A DNA stretch of 63,663 nt, filler included, from Bigelowiella natans CCMP2755 (GCA_000320545.1; 5 parts of 5 records of this genome joined end to end with filler, not necessarily neighbours in it); one strand, 5' to 3'; counted from the whole stretch's first letter, positions 13,500-25,558 are shown. A program made the numbers and translations. The notes: generated by a model not told the origin, from the sequence alone.

Positions 13500-15120
13500 G
13501 CATGCACTGTTGATGAATGTGCGAACGTGCGCGCATGCGAGTGCATGGATGTGTGGTCAGTCTGCGACTTCCAAGTGCATGCAGGGGAGTCCTACGCACC
13601 TCTTAGCCCAAAGTTGATGTCGAAGCCAACACAAGTTTGCCCAGGAGACCAAAATGGAAAGTCTGTGAGTCGCTTGCAGAGCATCGTTGCGAATGTGAAT
13701 TCGGGGCAAATGTGCGAGACGTCACAAAATGTTTCGGATGCCTCATTTTCATCTCAGGACCCAAGAATGATGTTGAATTCAGCTCAAAATCATTTCGAAG
13801 ATGATGATGACAACATTGGGGATGATGTTCTCATGCCAACACCCCGAAACCAACTGCGCCCTGCAGCAAGTACTCGAAAGCTTTTGTCCCAACTGTTCTC
13901 TGCAGAGACCTGAATGGCAGTGCATGTCAACCAGTTCAGCAATCAGCGCATTCGCACGATGCAAAAGTGATTGGAACTGCATGCCAAATGCCACTGACTT
14001 GGTCGTGATGATGAGACCGGCAATCATGGTGTTTGATTCACAAGATGCTGAGGGCACACTAGATGGGCTGTTGCGACTCTCATCCTAGTGAAATGCTCAC
14101 GTTGCATGACACCAATTGTCGTGGAGACAGACAATTGTGACTTCATCTACGATCCATCCATGCATGTCGCTGAACACAGAGAAGCGCAGGTTCTCATGTG
14201 AATTCATGTTCCAACGCAGAATTGCAGAAGCCAACACATTGGAACAATGATTGGACATTGAAAAAAAGTGATGTTTTCATGACGTTTCATGGCGCATTCG
14301 TCATGACATTGGGGCTTGGCAGGGGGTGGGCAGAAGCCTTTTCTGTCAGCTCGTTGTTTTTCCAAGTGTTGGAAGAACAGCTTGAATTCTTTGCTTTTGT
14401 CTTCTTTCGGCTTTTCTTGCTTTGTGTTGCCACTTGATTGGTCAATCTTCTTTCTTTGTTTTGGGAGGCGCTTCAGTTCAGTGATCAGTGTCCGAGCAGC
14501 AAAATCCAGACCAACTGATTGCTCTGTTGTGATGAGAGGACCCAGATTGGGACCCAGTGAACAGGAAAAAACAGCACGCAACGACATCATCAAGCAGACA
14601 TCGTGGAGACAAACACAGAAGGCCAGAAGATGCAAAAATTGAAGCTGTGGAATCTCTCGGAAAGGGTCCATTGGTCCAATTGTTCGTGAACTCATGTGAT
14701 GATGTGCAAAGTTGCCAAACTCTCAAATTGCATGTCAGGGAATTTGCGCTCACAAATCAGGGCGTGTGAAAACAGAAGAAATCGCAAAAATGATCATGAT
14801 GGTGGGCCCTTCAAGACCACCATGTTGTGTCATCAAAACATTCGGAGTGAGAATGGAACACAACAAGGCACCACGTCATTGTCGAACTCGCGTGTTTCAT
14901 CAATGTGCGCATGTCGGCGTGCTCACCACACCACAGTCAACGCAAGTTCGAATGTGCCGTCATCATCATGCTGGCATGCATGTGTGGACAAGCAAGGCTG
15001 ACATCTTGAGCAATCGATTGTTCATTCGCACATGACGTGTGAATGATGTGCAACATGATGGCACGATGGCTGCATCATGCACATTCAAGCAATGCGGAAG
15101 CAATGACGTGTGCGATCATT
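13500..15120. other. TpA-depleted island, probably a hypermutated relic of a gene or mobile element
   Basis: Manual count found 4 TpA in 13621-15120 and none in 14150-15120. TG/CA are abundant and CpG is present. The ORFs are nearly Tyr-free and rich in Cys/His/Met. Confidence 0.8.
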
Positions 15121-15391
15121 TAGATCACTTGAATCGCATTTGCGTAGGCGTGAGGCGTGAGCTTGCAAATTTGTCATTGTGCACATGTCTAGATGTTTGA
15201 AACATGGAGCATGCCCATCATTGACAATGCACGAACTGTGCATTCAAAACTCAAAACTGTGCTGCTACCCTAGCACCCGCTAGCCGGTCGTCTACATGCA
15301 ATGATGCACTTTGATCAGGAATGTCGCTGTTGCTACGACATCACATGTTTTTTAAAATGAAATTTACAAGCAATTTGTCATTAAATTGAAC

Positions 15392-18001
15392 TCATTCTCT
15401 GCTGGTTCCAGCACGCTGTGCATGCTCAAACACTTCTGCTATGTCTTCTAGATTGCTCCGATCTACTTCTACACTTTTGACTTCTTCTTTTAGCCCCTTC
15501 TCGATCTTCTTGAACCAGTTTACATCACGATTCGGGTCCGGTGCTCTGTGAGGTTTAGCCGGAGAATAGCCATCTCCAAGCAATGTAATGCAAACTCCCT
15601 TCTGATGTATTCGATCCTGGTCTATACGACCGCATCTTCCCATTCGTTGAAGGTGGTTTACCTGTGTAAGAGCTGCTTCGAAGTTGATGACTATACTAAC
15701 ATCTGGAAGATTGAAGCCCCTCGAGAGTACGCCGAAGGTGCACATCACAATTTTGTGGCAACCTTCTCTGAATTCTTGCACGACCTAATGACAGTCATTG
15801 GTGACATGATGACATGAAAGTGGTTGTCATCAATCGGTGGGAAGCACCGCAAACCCTCCTCGAGTCACGGTGATCAAGCATGAAAAAACATTTCTATGTA
15901 CCTTCTTACGAGCACTAGTCCCCAATCTTCCGTGCAATACGAGCACTTTCGTGTCCTTCATGTCTTCATTTTTTTTCACAAACTGATCTAGTAGATCAAG
16001 TGAAGCATGACTGTTACAAAATACGATGCATTGTCCCATATCTGGTGTATCCTGTTATTTGTGAATGTTGGCAAGCCTCTATTAGAATCTACATTTGTCG
16101 GTACACAATGTTCGCTGAATAGACCAAAAAATCATCAAATGTTGCGTCGACAACGAGGAGTTATCGTTGGGTTCAAATTGAATCTCACCCACAGTTACAT
16201 CTACAATCTTACAATTTCTCATATTTCAACATGGAAAAATGGATATCATAGCTAAACCATTCCTCTCTTGCTCAACTCACCACCTTGCTATGAACAATAC
16301 TTATCTCTGTCAGCGGGAGGGGCTTCATGGTCCATATTTTGATGGTACTTACCGCATGGATTCCGTAGAGGTCAACAAGAAATTGCATTTTGTCTTTGAA
16401 GTTGCGACACTAACAATGAAGAGAGATTTCCTCGTTATACTACTGGTATTAACACAACTCATGCGCGTCATGAGCCTGTGGAATGTATTCGAATACCCGC
16501 GACAACATCATGGAACATATTACCTTTATTTTGAATTTTTTGATATGATTTCCTGCCACGTCTTTGGTGGTGGTAAGTCGCACACTGTCGTAATCGGAAT
16601 CAACAATGCTTTTGAAGCCCCTGAGAATAGATTGGTCCCTTCTATCATTCGAGCTTTCGTTCGGAATCGTCGCTGACACAAGGATGATCTGACAACAAGA
16701 AAGAATAAATCTCAATTTTGGGACATTATTAGAAGTGCCTTTCTTCGAGCTGGCTGCGACATTATTTATCCTCACTACAGAAATGTATTTTACCTTCGAG
16801 CTGGTTTCTACTTTCGCTTTCTCTCTGGCTTTATGTATTTTTTTTACGATCGTCCTGATATTTCCCAATTCTCTTCCATTGCTTTTAATATCGTTAAGCA
16901 TCTGAAGAACATATTTTTATTCATTTTTCTCGACCACCACTTCAGAAGGGTTTCAAATTGTAATAATCTGGAAGTCTGACCAGCTCCAGTATATGCAATT
17001 GTCTTTATACATTTCAGAGCAATTCATGTCAAAGCAATGTGCAATGTTTCCAGTCCTATCACAAGTTTCATCTTTCTTTTGTATTGGGAGAACAATACCT
17101 TATCCGCTTCGTCCACAACGATCAGGTCGATATCCTAATGACCAATAATGATGAAAATCAGTAAGATCTTCATCAATTAAAAGACCTAATCACCCTCCCT
17201 TTTTTCCAGCTGTTACCTTTCCTTTGAAATTCCGTTTTTTAACCATGTTGAACAGAGTTCCAACGGTCCCGACTAACACACCATGGAGGAACAGAGTTCC
17301 AAGAAACAAAATTAATAAGGAAATTAACTAAATAAAGAGGAACACCGTCGTTAGCTATATCAGCGTTCAATATATATGGAAGAAAATTTAACATTTGGAT
17401 GACATATTACCGATGATGTGTGGATCCCCCTCTTCCACCTCATTATTGATTTTTTTAATCTCGCCTCGAAAGGCAGTCCAGACACGTACATCATTTCCAG
17501 CCAGCCTACATTTTTGTTCATTAGAAGTGCATTGCTATCAACATTGTTGCCCTTCCATCCAAATAAATAATCATGTTTGTAGGTCAGTGTGGAGAGATGC
17601 GAGAGCTAAAGAAGAGTGGAAGATCGAGAGTAAGTCACTCACTTAGATATTTCTTTTGCAGTCTGTATTGTCAACTCCATGGTGTCGCAAAAGACTAAAG
17701 CTTGTAATCCTCGGTTGAGATCTAGCTTCCTCAGAATGGCGAAACCAAACATTCCCGTTTTCCCTGAACCCAACTCAGCTTGTGCCACTATGTGTTTCTC
17801 AGATTTAGCTTCTTCATTGGAGACAATTTTCTTCAGGACTTCCACTTGAATCCTTGTAGGACCTAATTTCCATCCCAGAACTCTCTCGGCGTTAGTTATG
17901 TATTTTTCTGGAATGAAATCTTTGACGTCTTTCCAATTCTCGCCTTCGGCTAAGCTGAGGTTTTGCAGTTCTGTTTGCAATTCTGGGGTGGTCTCGGTCA
18001 T
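15392..18001 (-). CDS. Divergent DEAD-box RNA helicase (DDX19/Dbp5- or eIF4A-like), about 9 exons with short introns
   Basis: Q motif GWKLGPTRIQ; motif I AQAELGSGKT; Ia-like FCDTMELTIQ; motif II IVVDEADK (exon ~17099-17134); III VSAT; IV QCIVFCNS; V VLSRGFN; VI QRMGRCGR. Confidence 0.85.
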
Positions 18002-18304
18002 GGTTTATGCAAAGTTACTTTGAGTGGTGTGGGGCCTAAAGTGACTTGAGTGATGTGGGGCCTTGAGTTGTGTGATGTACTCGTACACTTCTCTAATATC
18101 AGATCAAGCCAATTCCTTTTCAGATCAAGCAGCTGTGGAATCTACGGGATTTCAAAATCCGAATTTTCCCTGAATCAACTTTCACTTGATGTCGTAAGAT
18201 GAAAATTTTGGACATTGACTTGCTGAATGCAGGACAGCTTTTCTAGTTCTAATTCTCAAATCTGTGATGAAAATCTTTCTCCCTTTTCGGAGCCGAGCTT
18301 AAAG

Positions 18305-18519
18305 ACATCTTCGGAGATTGTCGTAGGTTCAAAATGCAACATCGCATCCAATTCGACCTTTGTCGCAGTCGAAAAATCTCATTGCATTTCCACCACGCGA
18401 GAGAACAAGAGTGAGTGGAAATTTCCCTACATCTTCGGAGATTGTCGTAGGTTCAAAATGCAACACCGCATCCAATTCGATCATTGTCGCAGTCGAAAAA
18501 TCTCATTGTATTTCCACCA
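18305..18519. repeat. 91-bp direct repeat (18305-18395 and 18429-18519), 4 mismatches
   Basis: acatcttcggagattgtcgtaggttcaaaatgcaac...tttccacca occurs twice with a 124-bp period. Confidence 0.9.
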
Positions 18520-18811
18520 TCGGTTCGGCTTTGGATGAGAAGGAGAAGGAATCCGGAATCTCACCAAACCAAAAAAAACACACCGGTCGTGTAAGACATA
18601 ACCCATTAGGCTTCGCAATCGCCCTTCACCCGCAACCACGCGAGAGTTTATCGCTACCAGGTATCTTTGATCATTAAGGGAAACGTCCAATTGACAAGAT
18701 GGGATTTTGTGGCTTTTTCACGATGGACTTCATAGCTCGATTGAATGATGGGGAGGGAGAATAAATGGAGGAGAGAATGTGAGAGAAACATACACACACA
18801 CACACAAACAT

Positions 18812-18892
<81 letters not shown>

Positions 18893-19488
18893 GAGAGAGA
18901 GAGATCAGGGAAAAGGGTAGAGATCCCCATTGGGTAAATGGCACTGACCAGCAGCAGCAGCATATGCTCACTGCTGTTGGTCATGGTGCATGAGGTTCGA
19001 CTCCTCGTGGGATCGCGAGGGGGCAGCCGGACGGCTAAAACCGGATGGGATTTGCCCCCTTCAAGACTTGAGGTGTCTTCCCATTGTGGAGGCTTAAAAG
19101 GTGGCATGCCAGGAATGGTGTGTGATTCCGCTTCCTCAAGGTAGCTACTGGTGATCGAGAAGGGCCAGTTAAGGGACAAAGGTGAAAGCCTTAGCCCACG
19201 ACGAACAATGTTCGTTCACCTTCAGTTGAATTCATTATTTGCAAAGGGTACCTCTTCTTTGCATCTTATCTTTGAGGGAACAAAATTGAAAATAACAACA
19301 GCAACAACAACAACACCATCAATACCAAGAACAAGAAAAACGATAATGCTTCTCAAAACCCTGCAGCTATCGATCGATCTGAACCTAGCAAGCAACAGGA
19401 CCAGCAAGTAAAACAAGTGCAAAACAAGGATCAATGGCATGATGACGAAAAATCATCGTCTGAGCTACGAACTAGTGAAAACAAAAGA

Positions 19489-20676
19489 ATGCCAGTATCC
19501 AATGATGAAAGCAAGGAAAGTTTCACAGCTGAGGAATCCTTCGACAAGATGGGTCTTCCGCTAAAGGTACTGAGAGGAATTTATACTTATGGCTTCGAGA
19601 AGCCTTCCCCCATTCAACAACGTGCAATCAAGCCAATCATTAGTGGCCGTGATGTCATAGCACAAGCACAGGCTGGAACAGGGAAAACAGGAGCGTTTGT
19701 CATCGGCGGCTTGGCAAGAGTTGATCCCAAGTTTCGAGAGACACAGATCCTTGTTGTATCTCCTACGAGGGAGTTGGCTAGACAGTCGCATAAAGTTGCT
19801 AAATGCTTGTCGGATTACACCGACATCACCATGCATCTTTGTGTGGGAGGCACGAGAGTATCAGAGGACAAAGCGACCTTCCGTCACGGTGTGCAAATGG
19901 CCTTTGGAACTCCAGGAAGAATCAACCACCTGCTGCGCACTCGGATCTTGAGGACCGACAATGTGAAGATGATTGTTGTCGATGAGGCCGATGAAATGCT
20001 TTCCCAGGGGTTCGAAGAACAGATCTACGACATCTTTGGCAGTCTCAACCAGGATGTGCAAGTAGTCCTAGTTTCGGCCACTATGCCAGCAGAGGTGCTG
20101 CAGCTCACGGAGAGGTTCATGCGCGACCCTGTAAAGATGCTGATAAAGCAGTCAGCGATAAGCCTCGAGGGCATCAAGCAATTCTACATAGCACTGGACC
20201 ACCGAGACTGGAAATTGCCGACACTACTGGACATTTACAAGGAAGTCAGCATCAACCAGAGCATCATCTTCGCCAACACGAGGAGCACGGTGAAATGGCT
20301 ACAAGATGAGCTCACTCGAAGAGATCATGTGGTGAGTGCCATCCACGGTGACATGGAAGATCAGGAGAGAAAGGATGTCGTGAAAGACTTCCGAAGAGGG
20401 AGTTCGCGTGTTCTAATCTCCACAGACATTCTTGCTCGAGGAATAGATTTTCAGAATCTCAGCTTGGTAATCAACTTTGATCTTCCAAGAGAAAAAGCAA
20501 ACTACATCCACCGAATCGGACGCGCTGGAAGATATGGGCGCAAAGGGATGGCAATCAACTTTGTGGCCGATCGTGATGCTCGCTGGATGAAGGAGCTGGA
20601 AGCTTTCTACGACTTCAGCTGGAAAGAAATGCCTAACAACATTCGGAGCATATGCGAGCAGAGCTGCTCTTCGTAA
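19489..20676 (+). CDS. EIF4A: Eukaryotic initiation factor 4A-like DEAD-box helicase, intronless (frame open from 19417; first ATG at 19489)
   Basis: LRGIYTYGFEKPSPIQQRAI, AQAQAGTGKT, SPTRELA, GTPGR, VDEADEMLSQGF, SATMP, LEGIKQFY, LARGID and NYIHRIGRAGRYGRKG all lie in one uninterrupted ORF. Confidence 0.93.
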   Translation: MPVSNDESKESFTAEESFDKMGLPLKVLRGIYTYGFEKPSPIQQRAIKPIISGRDVIAQAQAGTGKTGAFVIGGLARVDPKFRETQILVVSPTRELARQSHKVAKCLSDYTDITMHLCVGGTRVSEDKATFRHGVQMAFGTPGRINHLLRTRILRTDNVKMIVVDEADEMLSQGFEEQIYDIFGSLNQDVQVVLVSATMPAEVLQLTERFMRDPVKMLIKQSAISLEGIKQFYIALDHRDWKLPTLLDIYKEVSINQSIIFANTRSTVKWLQDELTRRDHVVSAIHGDMEDQERKDVVKDFRRGSSRVLISTDILARGIDFQNLSLVINFDLPREKANYIHRIGRAGRYGRKGMAINFVADRDARWMKELEAFYDFSWKEMPNNIRSICEQSCSS

Positions 20677-21089
20677 TTAGTTTAATCATCACCCATAGCA
20701 TCTTCATATTTCAGTGCATTTGTCGCTAAATGGGTCCTTGAAATTGAAAAATAGAATCTTGCCAGAACACTAGAGCATGCATTTCAATTAAAGTTGTACA
20801 TGCATCATGGGAACATCGGCGTAACCCTGGAATTACCGTCTTAGACGGTGCGCCTAATTAGTTTATGATAAACTTTCTTCAGGCTTCTGATTGATTGATT
20901 ATGCAGTAATCCAGTTATTACTACTACTATTTACTTCTGCCACTACTACTAGCACTACTAGCCCTACTAGCACCGCCAACTTCTAGTATCTCTCCATGTG
21001 TGAAAGGCCTTAATGAGCGTCAAGTGATCGCTTCGACCCTGGTGTATGTCATCATATCAGGGCAATTGATGCATAAATATACATATATG

Positions 21090-21142
<53 letters not shown>

Positions 21143-21536
21143 ATGCATATGTGCATGTGCTACTCTACCCACAACATGTCTTCTAACAACATACTGTTTT
21201 GAAGAAGATTCACCGTAGCTACACATTGCAACTAGCAACTAAGCTACCACTACTAACAATACTACTTTCTAGTTGCAGCATCACTAAAATTGCTATGTGT
21301 CAAGAGAGCGAAGAAAGAGGTGCATTGTTGTGTGTTTGTGTGCAAATAGCCATTGTCACAGATTGCTTCATGGCAGCTGTGCTACAGCTAGCTAGCTAGA
21401 TGGTTCCAGAGTTTTGGACAGCCATCCCAACATGTGCACCTGCTAGCCTGTAGTAGCGACATCTAGACATGTGCACTCTGTAGCTCTCAAGCTAAACTAG
21501 CAAAGAACAAAGCTGTGAAATGCTACGCTACGATTT

Positions 21537-21656
21537 TAGACATGTAATATCATATATTTATACTATATATGCTATTACTGTGTCTATTATGAGTAAGAAG
21601 GGGATACTTATTGTAGACATGTAACATCTCACACATATACTATACATGCTATTACC
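21537..21656. repeat. Degenerate 43-bp direct repeat (21537-21579 and 21614-21656)
   Basis: tagacatgtaatatcatatatttatactatatatgctattact versus tagacatgtaacatctcacacatatactatacatgctattacc: 35/43 identical, ungapped. Confidence 0.8.
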
Positions 21657-22264
21657 TAGATTACAATGTCTATTATTGCGGCTGCGCACGCGCTAGTAGT
21701 GCGCATCGTGCGTGTGCAGGCACAACGCTCATGTTGCATGTTTTGCATCCACCGCACAATTCTCGCTCACGTCTTTGATATGCATGTACGCATGCGATGT
21801 AGTGCGCACAGAAGACGCAAGCAAATTTCGTAGCGCTACGTACACGGCATGCGACAATGCTAGAATGAGCTGAAAACAACGGCGCTAGCATAGTTGACTA
21901 GCTCCGCAATAATTCCGCTTTTTTTATTAAGTAAGTACGTCAAGCAATGCTTCGCGCGAGTGGCAAAATTCTATGAGCACATGCGAGGATGGCCATTATT
22001 GAACAAATTTAATTTAATTCATCACGTCCGTCTTACACGCAGCCACGAATAACGACAGTGATTTGTATTTACAGCAGGGGGCAGCATTAAATATACAAAC
22101 ACCATCTGTCTGCATGCACACACCCGCCCAGCCCCCGACGATACTCGTACGTACTGTCAATGGGGGAGGAACCGCTCGTTCTTGGGTATTCTATCAACAA
22201 CCAAGCTTTTTTCCTCCTGAAGGGGGGGGGGGGGGGGACTGGGCTGTTATGCTAATAATTAACT

Positions 22265-23448
22265 TTAAAATAGTTCCTTCTTTCCACTGAGAAGAATGTT
22301 CGTTAATGGCGCTGAATTTGCTGCTGCGCTTGCCGTTGTGCGAGTGCCCGCGCCGCCTGCAGCTGTTGTGCTCTGAGATTCGCTTGTTGCATCTGCTGGC
22401 GTAGTAGTGGGGGGGGGAGGGGAGGTCAGAAGGCAGCAGGCGAGAACGAAGGTTATGATAACAGACGAAACATATTTACTCACTCCTTCAAAAAAAAAGA
22501 ATACGGCCTCCTCGCCATGGGCGAACAACGTTTGCAATGAATGGCATGGAACACGACGCAAAAAAATAATAGGGCAAAACGTTGAAAGGGATTTCGTCCC
22601 CGGGGTAAAAGAGGCCAACGTTCTTGTGTAGCCTGGTATAATTTGGATAATATATATATATATATATATAAATATATACATACATATAGGGGGGTGGGTG
22701 GGTGGGGGGGTGGGTTTTTTTGGTATACGATTCTCATTTAAGAGGTGTGGTAGAAGTAGTAGTAGTAGTTTTAGTAGTAAGTAGTGGTAATGCCATTGCG
22801 GGGAAAATAGGGTGCGGACCCCTTTCACCCCCTTCATCACCATTTTATTCATCATAAATGTCGTCGTGGGGGTTATGATACCTAGTAGTCCCCCAACTGG
22901 CGTCTGTCCCACGACGGCAGACATACTTCCCCCACTCCCAGCGGCAGCTCCACCAGCCGCAGCAACATTTTGCATTTGCATTTGCTGCATCATCTAAAGG
23001 GGGGGGGGGGGGGGGTGACGACGACGATGGCGACAGAAGGCCGTAAAAACTTAAGATTCAGTGCGATGCGTTGTGTTTCATATACTGCATACACACGCAC
23101 GTGTTCGCAAAACACACACACACACACTGTGCATCGTTGACTTTATAGGATCTCCATCATCACTACTACCCCCCACCTGTGCATGTCTGAGCTGCTGTAT
23201 CCTCAGCAAGTGTGTCCGCTGAGCGGCGGCTAACTGCTGCTGTTGTCTCTGATTCTGTCCCCCCCCTGTGTAGACCGAGTGCATGCCTATAATAATAATA
23301 GTAATAATAATCATCATCATCGTTGTCCTCGTCACCATCCACGAAACAACTCGTTATCAGAACGCGACACGAGGCCATTGTGCATGATGCTGTGTGCGTG
23401 TGGGCGCGCGCGCGCTACCAATCCACACCCACTCATTACTTGAAGGGA

Positions 23449-23503
<55 letters not shown>

Positions 23504-25085
23504 TATATGAAATTAGTTGTCTTTACCTATTTGATGCCCAAGGAGCTGCTGCTGTTGTTGTTGTTGTTGTTGTTGCTGCTGCAAATACCTTTTTTTCATA
23601 CACAATAATGACGACGACAATAGTAGTAATAACAACCTCAGGCCAATCAGAACAACATCAGAATGCTGGCGAGTGTGAAAGAAGAGAGATGGGTGTGAAA
23701 TAAAGGGGGAAGGGGGGGGGGGGGGGGGGGGAGAAGAGTTGCAGTACAATTGTCGCCGTATTCATTCGCATCCCTCTGCTGCTGCTGCTGCTGCTGCTGG
23801 ATTTGATCTAACTGGAACGTTGCGTGAGCCTATACGACTCCCCCCCCCCCCTGCTACACCAAACCCTCGTCGCTACTGCGGCGGCAGCAACGGCCTGTTG
23901 TTGTTGTTGTTGTTGTTGCTGCTGCTGCTGTTGTATTTGTGTCGTCGCTGCAGTAGCTGTTGCTGTAGTGCCTTGTTGTTGTTGTTGTTGTTGTTGTTGC
24001 TGCTGCTGCTGATGATGTGTGCGTGCAGCTTGTACCTAACACCGGATAATGACGGAGAGGTATGATGACACACGACTGTGCACTAAAGAGAGCAACAAGA
24101 AGCGGGTCCATGATGGTGCGGCGGGCGGCGCGAGAGGAAGTGCTGCGATTCGCCGCGGGAGAGATGAGGGGGAGAGGGAGGGAGGGAGGGAGGGAGGGGA
24201 GGGGCGCACGCTCGTCGTGCTCGGTGGTGGCGGGTTAGGCCGTAGATGACACGTGACACCCCAACAATCGCGAGGGAAGAAGAAAGAGAAAGGAGGAAAC
24301 AACGAGAGAAAGACAAGGGAGACAAGATGCGTCTCCTGGTAGGTTGATGATACGTGTGGGCTCACCCTTGCTGCTGCCGCGACAGTGGCCTGCTGCTGCT
24401 GCTGCTGCTGTTGTGAGGGCACACTGATACCAACGCCCCCTCCACCCTGGGAAGAGGAGGAAGAGGAAGCTGTCGCCGCCGCCGCCGCCGCCGCGACAGC
24501 AGCAGCGGCCGCCTGCTGCGCCCTCACTGCTTGTTGTGCCCGGACCGCGGCAGCAGCCGCTACAGCTTGCTGCTGTCGGAACTGTATGGGTGGGGGTGAC
24601 GTGTCGATGACAATCACGGGGAGAAGAAGAAGAAGAGAGGAGTCAGTGCGGGGAGAGGAGGAGGGGGCGGAGAGATAAATAGCGTTGGCAAGGTAGCTTG
24701 AACTACAACTACTACTACTACTGCTGTGAATGTTTGTTCACCTCCGCCTTCTTCCGTGCCTCTTCGGCAGCGCGATGCGCCGCAACAGCTGCCTCGCGTT
24801 TGGCTTTGGCCTTCGCCTGCCCAGGACGTAAAGCAAGGAGAAGAAGGAGAAGAACAAGAAGAAGAAGAGGGGAGGAAATTAAGCACCTTTCATGGAACTT
24901 AACCACCCCAAACGTACACACAGAGAGGGAGAAAGAGAAAGGAGGAGGGAAGGGGGGGGGGGAGGGAGACAGTTGGTACCGCTGCCTCCGCTGCCGCCCT
25001 GATTTCCGCTTCTCTACGGCGGCGGGCCTCTTCGACCGCATTGGCTATGTTGTGCCCTGCCAGCAGCTGTTTGTTGCCAGATATA
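22265..25085 (-). CDS. Gln/Ala-rich low-complexity protein, multi-exon, 5'-truncated at the gap
   Basis: AG/GT-bounded exons encode NAVEEARRRREAEIRAAAEAA, AKAKAKREAAVAAHRAAEEARKKAE, FRQQQAVAAAAAVRAQQ, poly-Q and MMQQMQMQNVAAAGG. No domain recognised. Confidence 0.5.
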
Positions 25086-25122
25086 ATTATTTAAACACGG
25101 AGTAGTAGTGGTACTACTCATC

Positions 25123-25165
<43 letters not shown>

Positions 25166-25176
25166 ACTACTCAAGT

Positions 25177-25276
25177 NNNNNNNNNNNNNNNNNNNNNNNN
25201 NNNNNNNNNNNNNNNNNNNNTTAATTAATTAANNNNNNNNNNNNNNNNNNNNNNNNNNNNNNNNNNNNNNNNNNNN
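25177..25276. other. Assembly gap linker (N44-TTAATTAATTAA-N44)
   Basis: Identical 100-bp construct at all four gaps; the 12-mer puts stops in all six frames. Confidence 0.97.
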
Positions 25277-25558
25277 TCTCTAAAGGGGGGGTAGGCCGGC
25301 AACCAGACCCCGCATAGACCGAAAAGAGTGGCCTTCTGTTTAAAGGAGAAAAACCCCCCTTTTTTTAAAGGGGATTAATGTGGTAGTTCCCCCCCCCCCC
25401 CCCTTTTCAATTCTTTCTCCACCTTTTTTCGTTTACTTTTTCATTTTTACCGGACAAAGAAACAAAAAATGGGGCAGGGTTTTGTTTGTCCCCCCCCCCC
25501 CCCCCCCCCCCCCCTTCTCCCATAAAAAAGTATGAAGCGATAATTTGCTGCCTCGCAG

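Noticed and set aside
13527-15035. Dense overlapping ORFs on both strands suggesting a compact viral or operon-like locus
   Set aside because: This is a by-product of missing TAA/TAG stops in TpA-free DNA. No ORF shows a recognisable domain.
18305-18519. Repeat-spacer-repeat layout as a possible CRISPR array or LTR pair
   Set aside because: There are only two 91-bp units 33 bp apart, in a eukaryotic context, with no cas, gag or pol sequence.
18730-19411. ORFs upstream of eIF4A as a possible retroelement remnant
   Set aside because: No RT, RNase H or endonuclease motifs are identifiable, and part of it is a (GA)n translation.
25221-25232. Palindromic TTAATTAATTAA recurring four times
   Set aside because: It is always centred in 44+44 Ns, so it is an artificial six-frame-stop gap linker. 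Adjacency across these gaps is unverified.
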